This document shows positions 39,770-46,259 of a DNA stretch of 46,259 nucleotides, piece by piece. Source of the DNA: Paraspadella gotoi (lineage: Eukaryota > Animalia > Chaetognatha); NCBI GenBank assembly GCA_051294375.1, contig CM119270.1, forward strand, positions 10,728,274 to 10,774,532, read 5' to 3'. The notes beneath the pieces are model-generated. The model was not told the origin of the DNA. It was given only the letters and a program-made list of their open reading frames with translations, and made no database searches. The position numbers and the translations under genes are program-made. How positions within the stretch are numbered: the stretch's first letter is position 1; every line of letters starts with the position of its first letter.

Positions 39770-40616
39770 TAAAGAATGTAAATGTATTATAGTTTCTTTA
39801 TTCAGTTTAAAACTTAGAAAATACTTTGCAGAATCCGGCGTTTCGCTCTCGGGTCTTCTCCAGTCACCGAAAACTGATTGTTTCCTGCGGGATTAAAGCT
39901 CATTTTTCCCGAAAATTTTCCCCCGAAGATCAACGTTGAGGCCTTTCCCATCATTTTCGAGAAATGATCAGAATTATTCCGGTTTATCGATCGGGGCCGA
40001 CGAGCGGCGCGGCGTGGCGGCGGTGCGGCGGCGAGGGCGGCGGGGCCGCGGCGGCGCGGCGCGGTGGCGGGCGGCGGCAGATTACCGAGGCAACGGATGA
40101 ATTGTTTGCGATGAAAGGGAGGATGAGAAGTTCACGAGCAAGATTTAATTCAGACCCAAGAGAAAATATGAAAAATAATGTAAAAAATTTGGACAAGACT
40201 GGGAGGGATGGGAATTTGACAAATGAATTAAAGCGTTAAAAAATCTTTTAACGGCAATGAATTAAAAAAGACTTTTTTTTATTCACTCGAAGGTTTTTAG
40301 TTCCTCTTTGAATTTTTTCGTTTTCTGAATAAGTATCTAGTTCCATTTTTTCGCCTTTGTTCACTCGTTCATGTCAGCCATCTTTAAATTTTTTCGAACT
40401 TCGTTTGGTGTCAAAAGAACTTACAGCTTCCATCTGATTCACGATATCCGCAACAAAACAGAGCCGCGCCTTCAAATCGATATTAAGTCGTCGAGGAAAA
40501 AAACTCGACGGCGATAACTGCCGCTCTTCAAATTTCATAACAGAGAACGCGGAGTAAAAATCTTCTCTTGGTTTTAAAAGAAAGAAAAAGACGAGTTGAA
40601 ACTTTTAAAACGCTCT

Positions 40617-40655
<39 letters not shown>

Positions 40656-40802
40656 TCTCTTCTCTCTCTCTCTCTCTCTCTCTCTCATCTGTGCTCTCTG
40701 CTCCCTTTCGGGGTTGTTCTTTATACACTCGTCTGGCTCCGATTTGATTATTGGCTTTGGCTTTAACTCCCGAACTTTCAGCTCAGCATCGTTGAGGGAC
40801 AA
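39770..40802 (-). pseudogene. Frameshifted orphan coding-like region with ER and Ala/Pro low-complexity tracts
   Basis: Successive minus-strand segments: SLNDAELKVRELKPKPIIKSEPDECIKNNPERE.., RRLNIDLKARLCFVADIVNQMEAVSSFDTK, SLGSELNLARELLILPFIANNSSV, SFLENDGKGLNVDLRGKIFGKNEL. Confidence 0.3.
40004..40078. repeat. Degenerate (GCG)n tract
   Basis: GCGGCGCGGCGTGGCGGCGGTGCGGCGGCGAGGGCGGCGG.., near 100% GC in AT-rich surroundings. Confidence 0.85.
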
Positions 40803-42549
40803 CTGTACAAATGTTTTCTTTCACAGTCGTTTTTTTGTTTTTTGTTTTCTTTTCGTCTCCCTCTACGTCTCTTTCTCTCTGCTCCTTGTAGCTCTTTCTT
40901 TTTGTTCTACGTTCCACTCTCTCGGCTATCACCGGGTCACCTCGCCTCTTAGAACCGGGCCAGGCACCCCAAGAACCGTCGCGCTTTGTTTCTTGGCGGC
41001 CTAAATTTGATTTGGCAAAAGTCGTTACCGTCTGTGGGCAAAGTCAGTTCAAGGCTTAAGCCGGAAGAGAGAGAGAGGAGAGAGAGGAGAGAGAGAGGAG
41101 AGAAGAGAGAGGAGAGAGAGATGAGAGAGAGAGAGAGAAGAAAGAGAGAGAGAGAGAGAGAAGGAGAGCAGGAGAGAAGAGGAGAAGAGAGAGAAGGAGA
41201 TGATTGATCAGCATTTTTTGTTTTCACAAACCTGCACTGGGAGGTTTTTAAACGTCGAGAATTCCGGATTTTTTCTAAACTTTGTTTTTTTTGTCTTTTT
41301 TGTATTTCTTGTGTATTTCTTTATAATTTGTTGTTTTGGTTTTAATTTTCTTAATTTGTTATATCATTCTTTTGTTTATTGTTTACTATTTTTCTTCTTG
41401 GTTTATGATTGATTGTTTTTAGATTTTTTTTATTTTATTTATTAAAAAGTGCATTTTACGGTAGAAAGCATATTGGACGCTGTATGAGTTAAAATAATTA
41501 TGATTGATTACTGTATGTAATGGTTTTTGTAAAGCTATTAAGTAATAAGATATTAGTTTTAAAAGAAAACTTTTTACGATGTTTGGCTTTCCAAGGCTAT
41601 TTAATTTTTTTTTTAAATTTGGGATCAGAGGTCTATAGATCACTGCATGGAATCCGCAACGCCGCCAGCGCTTGCGACACTCCACGACGCGCGACCAGCC
41701 ACGCCACGAGCGCCACGGCAACTAGGCTCAGCACCTGCGCGCCAAGCCGCACGAGACGGTGCCACGTTTGAAAACTAAAAAGCCGGACGTGAGGTACAGT
41801 GGTTTCCAACGAAACCGGAAGCGTAAGACAACGTGAAAGTATGCGCTATAACAGAATTGGGCGGTGGAGGCGGCAGAGGTGGAGGTGGTGGAGGAATCAA
41901 ATGTGAGGTGGATTTGAAGATGGGAAAGAAGGAGAGAGGTGGTGGCTTATGGAATAACAATGGAACGTGGTGTGACAAGGAAAGAGCGACGTTTGGAATC
42001 TGCTGTATATTCGGATTTGAGATGTGTAATACCGTCCCGCAAAGATAAAGAATTCAAAGCTAACCAATATTGTGTTTGAAAAACTCAAGACTGGGCTGAC
42101 ATGCAGTGGTTGAAGACGTAATTAGAAAATGTTAGTAGCCTTGCAGTCAGTGGTTGTATACAGAAGGTGTCTGCGAGAGCGTATGGAGACGAGATGAAGA
42201 TGCGAGAGAGGCGATTAGGTAGGCAAGATAGAGCTGATAGAAGTAAGGAAGGTGAAGGAGGGCAAGAGGGCCGGTGAGATTAATGAATTATGTCTAACCT
42301 GTCTCGTAATGTGCGAAGGAGTTTGTTCCCAGTGATCGGGCAATGAACGTATAGAATATCAAGGACGATTGAGTAGAAGAGAAAGGAACGGGATGGCGGG
42401 AGACGGGCAAAATGCAGGAGAGGATATTCGATGCAGACAAGGGTAAAACGAGGATGCGGCGAGCGAATAGTGACCGACGGGACGAACGATGACATGGAAA
42501 GTGTTAGCCACAGACATCATTGGGAGAAAGCGGAAAGGAAGGAACGAGC

Positions 42550-42600
<51 letters not shown>

Positions 42601-42621
42601 AGAGAGGAGAGAGAGAGAGAG

Positions 42622-43257
42622 ATGGAGATATGGGGTGCAGAGTCAGGCGTGAGGATATTCGAGGAGCATCGCTCAATCGCATTCTCCGCCAAAAACTTTG
42701 ACTCCCAAACAATAAAGCGAGCAGCAAGCAAACTTGAATTTAAATAAATTGAAGACATTCAGAAAACTCTGGAAGAGTGATGACTTGGCCATAACCCTGG
42801 GAAGCCTAATAGCAATCGAGAATTTCAAAGTTTAAACAATAAATCATTTTTCAAGTCTCTTCCGGAGGCTATTGGGTTCTAATCTCGAGCCGCATACTCA
42901 CCCTATTGGCCGTTGCATCTGGTCCTCGCCAATCGAAGCAACTGCAATTCCATTTATCGGTGATGTTTTCGCCCGATCTTTGGATCCGATTGGGTGATCC
43001 GATTTCACACTTGATCTCATCTTGAGAGTTTCTAGATGTTCTCTGCAGATGGGCCATGAAGGTTTATAGACGACTGATTCAAGCCAAGAAAGACGGTCAG
43101 CGCCTTCGTTCGTGTTGCTAAATTTTGTGACACAAATGTTCCAAAGTGAATTGGCCCTCGCTGAAACGCGCGTTAGAAATCTGCCACTCGCAAACGAACC
43201 TATCTTTCACGTGACGATTGTGATTCTTTTTATTTGTTGTCCACGAACAAGCGCATA
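42622..43257 (+). pseudogene. Interrupted orphan coding-like region
   Basis: MEIWGAESGVRIFEEHRSIAFSAKNFDSQTIKRAASKLEFK, LKTFRKLWKSDDLAITLGSLIAIENFKV and FVLLNFVTQMFQSELALAETRVRNLPLANEPIFHV, separated by stops or frameshifts. Confidence 0.25.
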
Positions 43258-44614
43258 AATAAGTTTGGTGTAGGAAAGATGAAATTCTAAAGATTCACAG
43301 CGTTCAGCGTGATTGTATAGGTATTACTTCATCGCCACCTTTAAGAAGTCATATTACGCTCTCTATCTCTTCTCTCTCGTCTCTCTCGATCTCTGGCTCT
43401 CTCTCTTCTCTCATCTCCCCCGTCTCTCTCTCGTCTCTCTCTCCGTCTCTCTCGCTTCGTGCACACGCTTGAGCTGGCATGTTCGTAGCAGGCGTATTAA
43501 CGTCTGTGAGGTCAAGACGAGGCAGATGAATTGATGGAGAAAATGGGGTGGATTGATGGATGGAAAGATTTCTATCTCGCTATCTCTCTTTCTCCATCGG
43601 CCTCAAGCCAATCGTTTTCAGTATGTTTCCTGTCAGTTACTGAGTTGAGGCCGCCCTTATATATATAAATTTGGCTGTCAGTACTGTCCGTGTGTAGTAG
43701 AGTTTTCGCTTAACCGTTATTTTTGCTAAAAACGTCTGACTTCTTATAATGATAGCACAAGTCTATCTTTACAAAAGATATCAAATAGAAATAAATAATT
43801 AACGCGAATTTCAACCGTTAGAAGAAAAAAGTCCTTTTACTCCTCAAACTCTCCTCTGGGTTATATCATCGGCGGGGCAGGTTAGCTGCTGTGCTTGCAA
43901 TTGCTGCTGTTAGTTGCTACTGGGTGGTTCATGTTATCGTTTACTCTGATCGTCTCGGATCAAGTAACGGCGGGACGCAACATCAGCGACACAACATCAA
44001 GACGGCGTACACCACAACGGAGTGTAAAAAGGCGGGCAACGGTGACTACAACAGCAAAGGCGACAACAGCAACCAGCGATAAAAAAGCAGCAACGGTGAC
44101 TAAACCGAGCAAAAGGCAAGCTTCAACGCATCTGATTCGTCTCTGTTTTGGTTGTTTGAGGCGCAAACATTTTTTTCTTCTTCTTAAAGTCGTTTCGGTG
44201 ATTTTTGGCTGCGGGTGTTGGCTGGCATTTGAGGCGATTCTCTCTCTCTCCTATCTGGCTCTCTCATCTCTCCTCTCAGGATGCTCGTCTCTCTCTCGTC
44301 CTCATCTTCTCTCTCTCTCTCTCTTCTCTTTCTCTCCTCTCTCTCTTCTCTCCTCTCTCGTCGATCTCTCTCTCTTCATCTCTCGTCTCTCTCTCTCATG
44401 TACTCTCTCTCGTCTTCTCTCCTCTCCTCTCACAGGCGGCGCTCCGACTGTAGTTTAAGCTATTTTCTAGCCAGCTGCGTTAGCGTCTCTTGCAGATCAC
44501 TGAACGACGCTTTTTATGTGTTCTCCAGCCCACGGTGCTATACCCGTCTATTTGTGTCCTCGTCGTCGATGTCATCGTCCTAAATACTCTTCAAGTTTTT
44601 AGAACCTTCATTTT

Positions 44615-45185
44615 TTTTTTTTTTGTTTTTATTGATATTTTTCTGAACTCATCCTCTGAGTTAGTTTTATTTTTAGTTTAAACTTTCTTTGTTAATTCTT
44701 TTTCGTTATCGTTGTGTTCTTGCATCTAGAGGTTCTTTCTTACTCGGTCGCCGGTGTCGTCGTCTTCTCGACGTCCGTTTCAACCGTCTCTTTATTGTCC
44801 GTTGTGTAGTTTCCTATCATATCCGAGTGATAACTTCTTTCTGTCACGGTATCGTTTGGCTCCTTTCTCTCTCTCTCTCTCTCGTTTACCGTCTCTCTCC
44901 TCTCTCTTCGGTCTTCTCTCGGTCTCCCTCGCTCTCCTCTCTCTCTCTCTGCATTGCGCAAATAAACTAAAAATATCGACTGCTTAACTTATTATTTTTG
45001 TTTTTTTATTTCTTATTCTTTTCTTGGCTATGTTGCACTTGTTGCAGTTTATGAATCGGACCGGTAGGAAAGACTCGGGCTGGCCATTTCTTTATCGCCA
45101 ATTTGTATCTGTTTTATTTTTAGTCTCCATTTTTTTTTATTGCCCCTGTTTTTTAGTTGTTTTGTACGAACTGGTTATACTATAT
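44615..45185 (+). repeat. Left arm of terminal inverted repeat
   Basis: E.g. 44724 ATCTAGAGGTTCTTTCTTACTCG vs 46137 CGAGTAAGAAAGAACCTCTAGAT; TTGCGCAAATAAACTAAAAAT vs ATTTTTAGTTTATTTGCGCAA. Confidence 0.9.
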
Positions 45186-45729
45186 TATTATAACTAAATT
45201 CCGATGTTTTAAAATACTTACTTTGCATAAATACATAGGACCGAGAATGGAAAACTAGCTTTGCTTTCTATTTTTTTGTCGTTTCGGCTTCTGGGTCTTA
45301 ATGGCTTTCTTCTTGGCACATTTCTCTCTCATCTCCTCTGTCTCACACTGTCCCCGTCGGAATTTGCGTCATCTCTCTCTCTCTCCTCCCTCTCACCTCT
45401 CCTCTCTCCTCATCTTTTCACAGTCTCATAGAGTCTCGTCTCTACTTTCTCTCTGGCTACTTGCTTCACTCTACGTCTTTGCAGGTTTTAAATTTGGATT
45501 GTTGCTACAACGAAAGTGTTGGTCAGCCGGTCTGTCTCTTACCTTTCAACCTGTCTACCTCTCTCGGCATGCGTCTCCTCCTCACTGTCTCGCCGTTTTT
45601 CTCTCCATCCTCGTCGTCCAGTCTCGTTCTCTCTCTTCTCTGTCTCTCTCATCTCTCATCTCTCTATCTTTCGTTCTTACATCACTGGGCTCCTCCACTT
45701 TTTTTCATCTATGTTTCAATTGTATGAAA

Positions 45730-45936
45730 AGACTATATATAACACTTCGTACAAAACCTAAAAACAGGGGCAATAAAAAATGGAGACCTAAAAATAAACA
45801 TAAACTGGCGATAAAAAATGGCGCCTCGAGTTTTCACGGTCCGATCATAACTGCAACAAGTGCAACATGCCAAGAAAAAGAAAGAAATAAAAAAAGAAAA
45901 AAAAGTTAAGAGTCGGAATTTTTAGTTTATTTGCGC

Positions 45937-46023
<87 letters not shown>

Positions 46024-46259
46024 GGAAGGCCAAAGCGTACGTGACAGAAAGGAAGTTTCACTCGGATATGATAACAGCTACAACGACAATAACAGAGACG
46101 GTGAAACGGACGTCGAGAAGACGACGACGACGGCGACGAGTAAGAAAGAACCTCTAGATGAAGAACAACGATAACCGAAAAAAGAATAACAAAGAAAGTT
46201 TAAACTAAAAATAAATAACTCAGAGATGAGTCAGAAAAATATCAATAAAAACAAAAAAA
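45730..46259 (-). repeat. Right arm of terminal inverted repeat (runs off the window end)
   Basis: Reverse complement is colinear with 44615-45185. This arm has a clean (GA)n where the left arm has a garbled (CT)n. Confidence 0.9.
45942..46020. repeat. (GA)n microsatellite
   Basis: Perfect run of about 39 units. Confidence 0.97.

Noticed and set aside
41630-41660. ITAWN resembling the start of a non-LTR APE endonuclease
   Set aside because: No downstream QE, GDFN or SDH motifs, and no RT anywhere in the window.

Overview
Eukaryotic, AT-rich DNA saturated with (GA)n/(CT)n microsatellites and broken by ten N-gaps (an invertebrate/crustacean-like draft assembly is my inference, not something I can prove). 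I recognise no gene by name and see no rRNA, tRNA or CRISPR array. The window is dominated by duplications whose copies differ mainly by 1-bp indels: three tandem, overlapping copies of one block (about 4340-9308, 9340-17235, 17280-24283), a large inverted pair (about 23951-26684 vs 28498-31892) and a terminal inverted pair (about 44615-45185 vs 45730-46259). Several of these probably come from long-read gap filling, because exact 25-N gaps sit at or near their junctions. Under this noise are many short, frameshifted, apparently intron-poor coding-like stretches on both strands with no host homology I can recognise. They include an approx. 310-codon orphan ORF, a near-Walker-A motif, a histone-fold-like helix and a Cys/His-rich peptide. 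These are compatible with, but do not prove, an endogenised large DNA virus or similar element. Other candidates: an approx. 3-3.7 kb unit bounded at both ends by (GA)n with changing neighbours, an approx. 1 kb foldback/MITE-like insert in a GA tract, a 28-bp G-rich minisatellite and a 32-bp palindromic tandem repeat. All boundaries were read by eye and are approximate.
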